Source: Desulfocapsa sulfexigens DSM 10523
GTDB lineage: Bacteria > Desulfobacterota > Desulfobulbia > Desulfobulbales > Desulfocapsaceae
Reading direction: 5' to 3'
NCBI RefSeq assembly: GCF_000341395.1
Contig: NC_020304.1
Location: 300,001-332,000, forward strand
DNA: 32,000 bases
The translations under genes were made by a program, and so were the position numbers. The first letter of the stretch is position 1, and every line of letters begins with the position of its first letter. The notes below the pieces were generated by a model, which did no database searches, was not told where the DNA came from, and saw only the letters and a program-made list of their open reading frames with translations. This document shows positions 1 to 9,263 of this stretch, piece after piece.

Positions 1-1
1 T

Positions 2-79
2 ACAGAAGAAGCGCATCTGGTTATTACCAGTACTCAGGGTTCAACCCAGATTGTCATGAATATTATCGAAGGAATATAA
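2..79 (+). CDS. 3' end of an upstream CDS (partial, ...EEAHLVITSTQGSTQIVMNIIEGI*), probably another Tad-locus protein
   Basis: Open frame from the window start to TAA at 77-79, with the next ATG only 5 nt later. Function is guessed from position only. Confidence 0.5.
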   Translation, partial: TEEAHLVITSTQGSTQIVMNIIEGI

Positions 80-84
80 TCTCC

Positions 85-471
85 ATGAAAGCACTTGCAA
101 ATATCCTTCCGGCCAATATTTTTCAAAATGAAAAAGGCCAGTCAGCGGTAGAATACCTGGTTATCTGCACCGCACTGGTGTCCATACTCCTGATCTCTTC
201 CTCCCAGGACAGCATGTATAATATTGTGAGCCACACCATGCAGGAAAAATATAAAAGCTATGCGTTCGGAGTATCCATATCCGATCCGCCAAGTAAACAG
301 TTTGACGATGAAGTGAAACAGGACGCCGACAAAGTAAAAGAAGTACTCAACACTCTATCAAAAATAGAGCGACTCATTTCAGACACCATCGTCCCCGATA
401 TCATGCATGGAAAAATGCCCTCCACGGACTCGATTAAGGAATTTGCCGACCTGATAAAGTCTCTTTTTTAA
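85..471 (+). CDS. Small TadE/Flp-like type IVb pseudopilin family protein
   Basis: The N-terminal 'EKGQSAVEYLVICTALVSILLI' is a class III-like prepilin cleavage motif (G/QSAVEYL) followed by a hydrophobic helix. It lies directly upstream of cpaB. Confidence 0.65.
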   Translation: MKALANILPANIFQNEKGQSAVEYLVICTALVSILLISSSQDSMYNIVSHTMQEKYKSYAFGVSISDPPSKQFDDEVKQDADKVKEVLNTLSKIERLISDTIVPDIMHGKMPSTDSIKEFADLIKSLF

Positions 472-591
472 TGTATGTACACCAAAACAATTCAAATAAA
501 ACGGCAACTACCATTTGTAATCCTGTCAAATATATGCGACATCAATAAAAAGCCTTTTTCCAATCCACCTTAAAAGAAATATCGCCTGACC

Positions 592-2517
592 ATGGAAAAC
601 ACGGAACAGAACAAAATAAAAAACAAAACATGGAAGCTCTTTACGGCCGCATTGATTTTTGCATTGCTGGCCGGACTGGGAACAATGCTCTATCTCAACA
701 TCCTTGAGCAAAGGCTGAAAAAACGCCTTACTCCGCCCCAGAAAGAAATGGTTCAGGTTATTGTCGCCAGCAGGAACCTCCCCACTGGGAGTCTTGTCAA
801 TACTTCCACGATGTCAGTCCGCCACGTCCCCAGATCCTACGTTAACAGCGACATTTTCACTCCAGATCAATTCGCCTCAATTCAGGGTGCAATCTTAATA
901 AAACCCCTACAACAGGGAAAAATGCTCGCCCAGGATTATATTGATCTAAAAATCCCAAAGGACTTCTCAGGAACGATCCAGAGTGGGCACCGGGCCATTA
1001 CTATTCAGGTGGATGAAGTAAACTCAATTTCCGGCATGATCAAACCGGGAAACTCCATTGACCTCTTCACCCGGATGTCAGGTAAATCTTTTTCCAACAG
1101 TTCATCGGGTTCACGAGAGGCGATTATTCCGGTTCTTGAAGATGTACTCGTTCTTGCCACCGATAAAATTGCTGCACGGCCCAACGAGGATGAATTCAAA
1201 AATCTTGATTCAGAAGACCGTCGTCGAGCCTACAATACCTTAACCCTGGAAGTAACACCCAAAGAAGCTGCTATTGTTGCAATAGCAGAGTCCCGGGGAG
1301 AGCTTATTTCCATCCTTCGTAACAGCAACGACACCGGAGGAATACTGTTCAGCAAAGTCACCCTTGCAGATCTGCTTGCGCACTCCGATGAAATGCTTGA
1401 ATCCGCAGTCAATAAGCAGCACAATAGAAACCTTGACGGTATCCATCGCAATCAGAACGGACAACTTGTCACCCGGGATGGTGTTGTTATCAAAGACCCC
1501 AATGTCCATCTAAACAAGGATGGACTGCTGGTCACACAAAACGGCACTGTGCTCTCCGGAAGAGATCTAATGGTTGATGCCAATGGCCACATCAGGACCA
1601 AAAATGGAAAGCTGATTGACACTGCAAGCCTGATACCAGGAAAAAATGGGACACTGGTGGATAAAAACGGTAATGTCCTCAGCAGTAACGGATACACAAC
1701 AACCAAAGGTGGCTTCCTTGTAGACAAGAACGGCAATGTCGTTACTCCCGACGGCCATATTATTTCCGGACTCACCGTGGGTAAAGATGGCCAGGTGCGT
1801 ACCAGCAATGGCCGAATAGTAACGGCTGATCACATACGAGTAGGGAAAGATGGTAACGTTCGCCTGACAGACTCTCCTGTGGCTGCCATGACCGTAGACA
1901 AGGATGGAAATGTGCGAACCGCGGATGGCAAACTGGCCAACCCTGAGGACCTTGTCACAGTAGGACCTGACGGAATTGTCCGCGCCAAGGATGGTACAAT
2001 CCTGAAAGGTGTGCATATGGGCAAGGACGGCAAGCTCTACAATGCGGATGGAAAAGAGATGAGTGCTGCCGACATTCTTGCTGCCACCGAGGGATTCAAG
2101 GAAAACAAAAACGGCACCGTAACCGATGCCAACGGCAAAACCTATACAGCAAAAGACCTTGTAAGCGTTGATAAAGATGGAACGGTTCGTAGCAAGGACG
2201 GAACGATCCTCCACGGGGTGCATCTGGATAAAGACGGAAAACTGCGCAATAAAGACGGCTCTCTCCTCACTCCACAGGAAATTTTCACTCAGGATGCAAT
2301 AGCCAGAGCAGCAAAGAGCAACGGTGTAGTTCTCGCAGGAGTTACCGGAAAAATCGATCCTGCATTTGCCGAAAATATCCGTAAGGGGTCTCCAAAAAAC
2401 CTCTCCACATTCAGTCCCTATGAAGTTGAATACATCATTGGTGGCAGGAGTGATGGACCGGCAAAAACGTTTACCATACAAATAGAGAATAAAAATTCTC
2501 AGAGTACAAAAGAGTAG
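592..2517 (+). CDS. cpaB: Flp pilus assembly protein CpaB/RcpC with a large internal repeat array
   Basis: N-terminal TM segment, SAF-like 'VIVASRNLPTGSLVNTSTMSVRHVP', RcpC/CpaB domain 'GHRAITIQVDEVNSISGMIKPGNSIDLF', and a C-terminal 'YEVEYIIGG' tail. Followed by secretin, CpaF, TadB and TadC genes. Confidence 0.92.
   Translation: MENTEQNKIKNKTWKLFTAALIFALLAGLGTMLYLNILEQRLKKRLTPPQKEMVQVIVASRNLPTGSLVNTSTMSVRHVPRSYVNSDIFTPDQFASIQGAILIKPLQQGKMLAQDYIDLKIPKDFSGTIQSGHRAITIQVDEVNSISGMIKPGNSIDLFTRMSGKSFSNSSSGSREAIIPVLEDVLVLATDKIAARPNEDEFKNLDSEDRRRAYNTLTLEVTPKEAAIVAIAESRGELISILRNSNDTGGILFSKVTLADLLAHSDEMLESAVNKQHNRNLDGIHRNQNGQLVTRDGVVIKDPNVHLNKDGLLVTQNGTVLSGRDLMVDANGHIRTKNGKLIDTASLIPGKNGTLVDKNGNVLSSNGYTTTKGGFLVDKNGNVVTPDGHIISGLTVGKDGQVRTSNGRIVTADHIRVGKDGNVRLTDSPVAAMTVDKDGNVRTADGKLANPEDLVTVGPDGIVRAKDGTILKGVHMGKDGKLYNADGKEMSAADILAATEGFKENKNGTVTDANGKTYTAKDLVSVDKDGTVRSKDGTILHGVHLDKDGKLRNKDGSLLTPQEIFTQDAIARAAKSNGVVLAGVTGKIDPAFAENIRKGSPKNLSTFSPYEVEYIIGGRSDGPAKTFTIQIENKNSQSTKE
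1432..2280 (+). repeat. Coding tandem imperfect repeats, ~13 units of ~17-28 aa, consensus approx. xVxKDGxVRTxDGxxLxxxDLV
   Basis: Read from the translation, e.g. TVDKDGNVRTADGKLANPEDLV / TVGPDGIVRAKDGTILKGV / HMGKDGKLYNADGKEM / SVDKDGTVRSKDGTILHGV / HLDKDGKLRNKDGSLLTPQEIF. Confidence 0.9.
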
Positions 2518-2569
2518 GACTGTGCACTATCAATCTCCACGCTAATTTTTTTATATACGGACAGAAACG

Positions 2570-4078
2570 ATGACATCATCTGACACACACACTCTTCCCC
2601 CTGGAAGACGACCCATTTTCCCAACACTGCTACTCTGCACTCTTTTCCTTTTCATCAGCTTTCCACAGGAAAGCAGTGCTCGCGAAGCCGTAACCATGTT
2701 TCTTGGAGAAGTAAAGGTTCTGGAAATTGATGCGATAGAACGTGTGGCTATAGGAAATCCTGCGGTGGCAAGCAACTCCATTCTCCCTCAGGGCCAGCTG
2801 GTACTCCTTGCTGATTCCGTGGGAGCGACCACCATGCACCTCTGGCTGAAGGATGGTCAGGAAAAAGACTTTGACATCGTGGTCAACGAAAAAAAAGTCT
2901 TTGATGACTACGAGGAACTCGTCTCTCTTCTCAGTACTTTCCAGGGAATCAAGCCCATACGAATCGGCGATCTAACCGTTATCAAGGGAAAGATTCATAA
3001 AAAAGACAAGTCTCAATTCGACCGTATTCTCAAGCGCTATGGTGATGTTCTCGACCTGGTCACCGCCAGAGACATTCAATCAGAAGTTTCCCTGTTACTT
3101 AAAGACATCCCAAACCTGACGGTTCGGGAAATTGGCGGCTACACCGTTCTCTCCGGTGAAATAAGTAAGGAGTTTTCTCCCCTCATTGCCATTATCGAGC
3201 AAAAGTACCAGAACATCATGAATCTGACCAGAGTACATGCCGCTGTAGCAGGGAAAATGATCTACATGAAGGTCAAAATCATGGAACTCAGCAAGAGCGT
3301 TACCCAGAAGCTTGGAATCAACTGGGGAAACCTTATGACCGGGCTCACCGGACCTTCACTTGTTTTTGGAGTGGAGTCATCACGAAACGGCGGAACCCTC
3401 CTCAATGACAATAGTACTTCATCGGTTCTTACCAAGCCTGGCGGCACAGACCTCACAACATCCAGAGGCTACTTTGGTATAGCCACGGGTGTCACCTCTG
3501 TTATCAACCTCTCTCTGCAGAATGGCGACGGTGTTATCCTTGCAGAACCGCAGTTGAGCACCCGATCCGGTGGCAAGGCAACATTTCATGCTGGCGGAGA
3601 ATATCCAATCGCCACAACTTCCAGCATGGGCCAGGTAAACGTCGAATATAAAAAATATGGTATCATGCTGAATATTGAGCCTTTAGTCGACGACCGTGAT
3701 AACATTCTCGCCCATATTGAAACGGAGATCAGCAATATTGACCATGGCCAGAACTTCGGAGACTACGTGGGTATCCTGACCCGTAACACATCAACGGATG
3801 TCAGCCTCAAGGTTGGTGAGACTCTTGTCATGGCGGGACTTGTTCAGAATGTTGCCCATAACGACTTTAATAAAGTGAAATGGCTGGGCGACACCCCCAT
3901 CCTTGGCCCATTGTTTCGTTCCCAGGACTTTCAAAACCAGCTCACAGAACTTGTCATCTTCGTAACACCATATGTTTACGACGCTTCGTCAACAGTAAAC
4001 TCCGGTAAGCTTACCGAGGCGGCACGTATTCAGAAACAGTTTGATGAAATTGTTAAAGGCCATGAACTGGTAGATTAA
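2570..4078 (+). CDS. cpaC: Type II/III secretion-type secretin of the Tad system (CpaC/RcpA)
   Basis: Signal peptide, 'REIGGYTVLSGEIS' N-domain, secretin core 'GVTSVINLSLQNGDGVILAEPQLSTRSGGKATFHAGGEYPI', and 'LPILGPLFRSQDFQNQLTELVIFVTPYV'. Confidence 0.93.
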   Translation: MTSSDTHTLPPGRRPIFPTLLLCTLFLFISFPQESSAREAVTMFLGEVKVLEIDAIERVAIGNPAVASNSILPQGQLVLLADSVGATTMHLWLKDGQEKDFDIVVNEKKVFDDYEELVSLLSTFQGIKPIRIGDLTVIKGKIHKKDKSQFDRILKRYGDVLDLVTARDIQSEVSLLLKDIPNLTVREIGGYTVLSGEISKEFSPLIAIIEQKYQNIMNLTRVHAAVAGKMIYMKVKIMELSKSVTQKLGINWGNLMTGLTGPSLVFGVESSRNGGTLLNDNSTSSVLTKPGGTDLTTSRGYFGIATGVTSVINLSLQNGDGVILAEPQLSTRSGGKATFHAGGEYPIATTSSMGQVNVEYKKYGIMLNIEPLVDDRDNILAHIETEISNIDHGQNFGDYVGILTRNTSTDVSLKVGETLVMAGLVQNVAHNDFNKVKWLGDTPILGPLFRSQDFQNQLTELVIFVTPYVYDASSTVNSGKLTEAARIQKQFDEIVKGHELVD

Positions 4079-4111
4079 ATCAACTCTTATTGTCAGGAAA
4101 ACTCTGAAAAA

Positions 4112-5836
4112 ATGTTTGACATCATAATTCATGACGACAAGGGCAGCACTCTTGAGACCCTGCAATGCACGAAAGCAGAGTGCGGCATTGGTCGTTCCGG
4201 AAAAAACCTGGTCCAACTCAGTGGCTGGCGAATTGCCGGGATTCACGCCCAACTGATTGAAAGAGAGGATGGAATCTATGTCAGCGACACTTCATCCGGC
4301 ATCGGAACGCGGGTCAACGGAGAAACGATAACGACATTTGGTCCGCTTCTGGCTAAAGACACTATCACCATCGGTACATTCAGGATATCAGTAAGCTCAG
4401 GAAAACGACCCTCAGCACAACAGACCGAGCCACCAGCTAGTGAGCCTGAAACCACAGCAAACGAAATGATGGAGAAACCGGAGAAAGAACCATCCGAACC
4501 GAAAAACTCGCTCCGCAGAACATTTGGGGTTCGACAGGGGGCCGAAGATGGACTGGCTGCACCGGGCAGAGATGACCGTCGTTTTATATGGCACAAACGC
4601 ATCCATGACAAACTCATGAACGCCATGGACCTGCGCCGTACCGATGTGCAGGCCATGAACGATGACGAACTCAGTGAAACCGTCAGGTCGCTGGTGAATG
4701 ACATAATAGGGAAAATGGCCAGGAGCCTGCCTCCCGAAGTTGACCGTGCAAAACTTGCCAAGGAGGTCATCGATGAAGCCATAGGACTCGGGCCTCTCGA
4801 AGATTTCCTCGCCGAAGATTCGATCACCGAAATCATGGTGAACAGTTACGACTCAATCTACTACGAAACCCATGGTAAACTCCACAAATCAAACATAACA
4901 TTCAGCAGTGATAATGCCGTCCTTGCCGTCATTGAACGTATTGTTTCGCCCCTGGGGAGACGAATTGACGAAAGTTCCCCCATGGTCGACGGCAGGCTGA
5001 AGGATGGCTCCAGAATTAATGCCATCATTCCGCCCCTTGCCATAAAAGGTCCCTGCCTTACCATTCGGAAATTTTCCAGAAAAAAACTGAGCATTGATGA
5101 TTTTGTCCAATTTGGATCGATCTCCAACAAAATGGTAGATTTTCTAGAAAAAGCCGTTCACTATCGAAAGAATATTATTATTTCAGGGGGAACCGGCAGT
5201 GGCAAAACCACATTCCTCAATGTTCTCTCAGATTTTATTCCCCACGATGAACGGATTATCACGGTGGAAGATTCTGCAGAGTTAAAGCTTGGTCAACCAC
5301 ATGTGGTATCTCTTGAAGCCAGACCAGCAAATATGGAAGGCAAAGGGGCAATCATCATCCGGGATCTGGTAAAAAACTGTCTCCGCATGCGCCCCGATCG
5401 TATTATTGTCGGGGAATGCCGAGGGGGAGAAACCCTTGATATGCTTCAGGCCATGAATACAGGGCACGACGGCTCCCTGACAACTGTCCACGCCAACTCT
5501 CCGCGGGATCTTGTCTCCCGCCTTGAAGTGATGGTGATGATGGCCGGAATGGACCTTCCTGAAAAAGCTATCCGGGAGCAGATTGCCTCGGCGGTCCATG
5601 TTGTTGTACAGCAGTCACGATTCTCTGATGGAACACGCAAGATCACCCATATTACGGAGATCACCGGTATGGAAACCGGAGTGGTGCAGATGCAGAACAT
5701 TTTCATTTACAAACAAAACGGACTTGATAAGGACGGTAACGTTATAGGAGAATACAAGGCCACTGGACGCGTTCCGGAATTTTACGAGGTATTGCGGCAG
5801 CAGGGCATAACTGTTGACATGAGTATATTCGAGTAA
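4112..5836 (+). CDS. cpaF: FHA domain fused to CpaF/TadA secretion ATPase
   Basis: N-terminal FHA-like 'CGIGRSGKNLVQLSGWRIAGIHAQLIEREDGIYVSDTSSGIGTRVNGETI'. The C-terminal part has Walker A 'ISGGTGSGKTTFLN', 'LRMRPDRIIVGECRGGETLDMLQAMNTGHDGSLTTVHANSPRD'. Confidence 0.93.
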   Translation: MFDIIIHDDKGSTLETLQCTKAECGIGRSGKNLVQLSGWRIAGIHAQLIEREDGIYVSDTSSGIGTRVNGETITTFGPLLAKDTITIGTFRISVSSGKRPSAQQTEPPASEPETTANEMMEKPEKEPSEPKNSLRRTFGVRQGAEDGLAAPGRDDRRFIWHKRIHDKLMNAMDLRRTDVQAMNDDELSETVRSLVNDIIGKMARSLPPEVDRAKLAKEVIDEAIGLGPLEDFLAEDSITEIMVNSYDSIYYETHGKLHKSNITFSSDNAVLAVIERIVSPLGRRIDESSPMVDGRLKDGSRINAIIPPLAIKGPCLTIRKFSRKKLSIDDFVQFGSISNKMVDFLEKAVHYRKNIIISGGTGSGKTTFLNVLSDFIPHDERIITVEDSAELKLGQPHVVSLEARPANMEGKGAIIIRDLVKNCLRMRPDRIIVGECRGGETLDMLQAMNTGHDGSLTTVHANSPRDLVSRLEVMVMMAGMDLPEKAIREQIASAVHVVVQQSRFSDGTRKITHITEITGMETGVVQMQNIFIYKQNGLDKDGNVIGEYKATGRVPEFYEVLRQQGITVDMSIFE

Positions 5837-5844
5837 ATACGACT

Positions 5845-6696
5845 ATGATTGCAAACATTATCATCGCCTCTCTTGTGGCCGTCTCTACAGGAATTTTTGC
5901 CTGGCTCTTTTTTCTCAAGATGTATGACAAATTGACCTACTACAAGGATACTGTCGAAGAACTAACAACAAACAAATTCTCCGAACTTTTTCTCTTCATC
6001 GATATCTCTAACTATTTTTATTATTACATTGCGGCGCTCCTCATCTTCCCTATTATTGCTGGAAGCCTCTCGGGAGATATTTCACTCGGCATACTCACAT
6101 TTCTCGTCATACTCTTCTCACCTTACCTGATCCTCAAGGAGATGATCAAAAAGCGGTTGAAGAAGTTTGAACAGCAGTTGCCGGATGCCCTTGTCATGGT
6201 TGCCGGATCCATCAGGTCTGGATCCAGCCTACCCATTGCTCTCGATAGCCTTATTAAGGAAAGTTCACCTCCGCTCTCTCAGGAATTCGGTCTCTATGTC
6301 CGTGAACGAAAACTTGGGCTCGACCGTGACAAAGCATTTGACAATCTGGAGCGCAGGGTACCTCTCGAGGATTTATCCCTTTCTCTGTCAGCCATTCGTA
6401 TATCCAGTGAAATTGGTGGAGATCTTGCCGAAACCCTGGAATCTCTTGCTGAAACTCTTCGAAAAAAACTTGTCATGGAAGGGAAAATAGACAGTCTCAC
6501 CTCACAGGGGAAACTGCAGGGAATTGTGATGTCCACCCTCCCTCTTTTTCTCATCGTCGCCCTGATGAAACTGGAACCGGCTGCCATGGGCCAGATGTTC
6601 ACCACCAAAATAGGATGGATGGTTCTGGCGACGATTGTATGCATGCAGGTACTCGGATTTATAGCCATCAGAAAAATCACAGCAATTGACGTGTAA
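5845..6696 (+). CDS. tadB: Type II secretion system F domain protein TadB
   Basis: Membrane protein with 'QLPDALVMVAGSIRSGSSLPIALDSL' typical of TadB, and position between cpaF and tadC. Confidence 0.9.
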   Translation: MIANIIIASLVAVSTGIFAWLFFLKMYDKLTYYKDTVEELTTNKFSELFLFIDISNYFYYYIAALLIFPIIAGSLSGDISLGILTFLVILFSPYLILKEMIKKRLKKFEQQLPDALVMVAGSIRSGSSLPIALDSLIKESSPPLSQEFGLYVRERKLGLDRDKAFDNLERRVPLEDLSLSLSAIRISSEIGGDLAETLESLAETLRKKLVMEGKIDSLTSQGKLQGIVMSTLPLFLIVALMKLEPAAMGQMFTTKIGWMVLATIVCMQVLGFIAIRKITAIDV

Positions 6697-7580
6697 TGAC
6701 TGAAAATTTATATAACATCATACTGGGCTTGAGCGTGTCGGCATCAATCCTCTTCACCCTTATGGGGGTTCTGCAGCTAAGCAAACTGGTTCCCGAAGAG
6801 GATCGTGAATTTATGGATCCTCTCCCCCCGCTCCTGGATTTCATCTGGCCTCTTGCTCGTATTATTGCCTATTACGGCTGTTCCAGGATTCCATTTTCCT
6901 ACCTCAAAAGTGTCGAAGGACGCCTGAAACGCAATGGACTCGGCCATATGATGATCGCTGAAGAGTTTATTGCTCTTCGCATTATTGCGGCATCTGTGGC
7001 ACTCCTTTCGGGCTACATCCTGATAACACTCCTCGCGGAATGGAATCCTATCCTCTACATTGTTCTTCCCGCACTTGGATTCTTTTATCCGGATATATGG
7101 CTCAGAGACATTCGTAAGAAGCAGGTGGATGCTGTCCTGCGCACCCTGCCTGCCTACCTGGACTTTATCACCATGGCAGTGGAAGCCGGGCTGAATTTCT
7201 CAGGAGCCATCGCCCAGGCCAGAACCAAGGGTCCGGCAGGACCGCTGGTGATAGAATTTGGCATCGTACTCCGCGATATGCGTTCCGGAATCCCGAGGAC
7301 CAGAGCCTTGAAGCGAATGGCCAAACGACTGGACATCCATGAAATAAGCAGTTTTGTAAACGCCGTGGTACAGGCAGAAAAAATGGGATCAAGCATGGCT
7401 GGGGTCCTGCGGATCCAGGCAGAGCAACGCCGCAGTGAACGCTTTCAACGGGCAGAAAAGAAAGCGATGGAAGCACCGGTCAAGCTTATCGGCCCACTGG
7501 TTATTTTTATCTTCCCAACGACCTTTATTGTACTGGCATTTCCCATTGCCATTAAGTTTATTCAGGGAGGCTATTTTTGA
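6696..7580 (+). CDS. tadC: Type II secretion system F domain protein TadC
   Basis: 'LPAYLDFITMAVEAGLNFSGAIAQ' and 'RAEKKAMEAPVKLIGPLVIFIFPTTFIVLAFPI', typical of TadC. Start overlaps the tadB stop. Confidence 0.9.
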   Translation: MTENLYNIILGLSVSASILFTLMGVLQLSKLVPEEDREFMDPLPPLLDFIWPLARIIAYYGCSRIPFSYLKSVEGRLKRNGLGHMMIAEEFIALRIIAASVALLSGYILITLLAEWNPILYIVLPALGFFYPDIWLRDIRKKQVDAVLRTLPAYLDFITMAVEAGLNFSGAIAQARTKGPAGPLVIEFGIVLRDMRSGIPRTRALKRMAKRLDIHEISSFVNAVVQAEKMGSSMAGVLRIQAEQRRSERFQRAEKKAMEAPVKLIGPLVIFIFPTTFIVLAFPIAIKFIQGGYF

Positions 7581-7933
7581 TTACCGGAAAGATCAGCATC
7601 AACTCTTCACCTGAAACATCTCTCTACCATATCAGAAAGACCGAAACATTCTTTGAACGTGGCCGGGGATTGCTGGGATGCACAGGACTTGAAGAAGGAC
7701 ACGGTATGCTCATCAGCCCATGTAACTCCATCCACACCTTTTTCATGAAGTTCCCAATAGATGTTATTTTTTTAAGCAACGACAATCGTATTCTGGCCAT
7801 CCATCTCAATATGAAGCCACAACGTTTTTCACGATCAGCAAACGCCTCATCTGTCCTTGAACTCATGGCTGGTCAAACTGACATATCAGGTCTTCAGACG
7901 GGAGATACCCTCCTCTGGGAGCCACTGCAATGA
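7577..7933 (+). CDS. DUF192 family protein
   Basis: 'ETFFERGRGLLGCTGLEEGHGMLISPCNSIHTFFMKFPIDVIFLSNDNRI' is the DUF192 signature. Overlaps tadC by 4 nt. Confidence 0.85.
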   Translation: MITGKISINSSPETSLYHIRKTETFFERGRGLLGCTGLEEGHGMLISPCNSIHTFFMKFPIDVIFLSNDNRILAIHLNMKPQRFSRSANASSVLELMAGQTDISGLQTGDTLLWEPLQ

Positions 7934-8382
7934 TAACACTGAAGAGCATTTCCCGTCTCAGTTTCCTGCTGTTTTTTATCCTTACGAGTTGTGCCACAAA
8001 AGACCTGACCCGTATCCGTGAAGAGGCCTATATGGCCTATGATAATAAGGAATACGACAGCGCCGCAGATAAATTTGAAATCCTGGTAAAAAATGCCCCG
8101 GAAGACGTGGAATTCTGGTTTCGTCTCGGAAATGCCTATGCCAGATCGCAGAATCCGCAACTGGCTATATCTGCCTATCAGAACGCGCTACTGCGCGACC
8201 CCACCCATGTAAAGGCATGGTATAATATGGGATTTGTTCAGACCCAGACGGCACTGAAAACATTCGTCGATATGCAAACCTACACGGACACGGGTAGCCC
8301 CCTCGGAAAACAGGGGAAAAACATGCGGGAAGGCCTGTTTCTCCTACTCGAACATGGCAATGAACCTCCAGAAGACAAATAG
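7930..8382 (+). CDS. TadD-like TPR lipoprotein
   Basis: Lipobox-like 'FILTSCATK', and TPR units 'DSAADKFEILVKNAPEDVEFWFRLGNAYARSQNPQLAISAYQNALLRDPTHVKAWYNMG'. Starts overlapping the DUF192 stop. Confidence 0.8.
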   Translation: MITLKSISRLSFLLFFILTSCATKDLTRIREEAYMAYDNKEYDSAADKFEILVKNAPEDVEFWFRLGNAYARSQNPQLAISAYQNALLRDPTHVKAWYNMGFVQTQTALKTFVDMQTYTDTGSPLGKQGKNMREGLFLLLEHGNEPPEDK

Positions 8383-9127
8383 ACACAGGCCCGATTTCAG
8401 TTTTCAGGCAAGACTCCTCTCAAATTCGGGGCAGAGTATGGCCGAATTTCTGATTATCCTGCCCGTCATGCTGCTGCTTATTTTCGGGGCTATCCAATTT
8501 GCCCTTATATACCACGCCAAGATAACTCTCAATTATGCGGCCTTTGAGGCTGTACGTGCTGGAACTCTGGGACAGGGGAAATTCGATGAAGTCAAGGAAG
8601 GATTTGCCAGGGGACTGGCTCCGCTCTACAGCTACTTTGAATCAGACCCGGACCTGAGAAAAAAACGGGATCCCAATGCCACTGCCGGGGATCAGATTGA
8701 AGCCTTCCAGATGGCGCGCGACAAGATTTACAAAGAGTTTGACACCTCAAGCAAACTGATCCGTATTGAACGACTCAATCCCTCTGACACAACATTCCTC
8801 AGTTTTGCCTCCGACGCAACACTGCCCAATGACAATCTCAGATACCGTTCCTCAAAAACGAAGGGGAAGGAACAGGTATCATTACAGGATGCGAACCTCC
8901 TCCATCTCCGTGTGACTTACTGGTACCCACTCTACGTCCCCTTTGTGAATAAATTGATTTTCAACACCTTTATCTGCCACAAAAAGTCCCCCGGTTTTTC
9001 AGGGAAATGGGCTGACGATCCCGTCTGTCTGGACAAAGATCAGGATCCGGTAATCCCCCTGACGGCCACAGCAGTCATGCGGATGCAGACACCACTGCTT
9101 CAGAGCACCGGATATTATCCAAATTAA
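8354..9127 (+). CDS. TadE-like pilus assembly protein
   Basis: 'NSGQSMAEFLIILPVMLLLIFGAIQFALIYHAKITLNYAAFEAVRAG' is the TadE-like motif. The start may be 8354 or 8360, overlapping the upstream gene. Confidence 0.87.
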   Translation: MAMNLQKTNRHRPDFSFQARLLSNSGQSMAEFLIILPVMLLLIFGAIQFALIYHAKITLNYAAFEAVRAGTLGQGKFDEVKEGFARGLAPLYSYFESDPDLRKKRDPNATAGDQIEAFQMARDKIYKEFDTSSKLIRIERLNPSDTTFLSFASDATLPNDNLRYRSSKTKGKEQVSLQDANLLHLRVTYWYPLYVPFVNKLIFNTFICHKKSPGFSGKWADDPVCLDKDQDPVIPLTATAVMRMQTPLLQSTGYYPN

Positions 9128-9145
9128 AACAGCCTCATTAAACAG

Positions 9146-9179
9146 TCACAACCACTTGTACTTATACTCATGGTTGTGA
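9146..9179 (+). terminator. Possible hairpin at the end of the tad operon
   Basis: Perfect 9-bp arms TCACAACCA/TGGTTGTGA with a 16-nt loop, just after the TadE-like stop. No convincing T-tract directly follows, so termination is uncertain. Confidence 0.35.
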
Positions 9180-9263
9180 TAGTATTTTCACACAGCACTC
9201 TCTTTTTTTGTTCTGGAGAAATACCGCAACACTCGCGCTCAAACTGACAAGTGGAGTCTGACC

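Noticed and set aside
526-711. 61-aa minus-strand ORF over the cpaB start
   Set aside because: It is short, lies antisense to the cpaB 5' region and has no supporting motif.
1567-2481. 304-aa minus-strand ORF opposite the CpaB repeats
   Set aside because: It is a shadow of the repetitive coding strand: its repeated VxI motifs simply mirror the sense repeats, and the sense gene is clearly CpaB.
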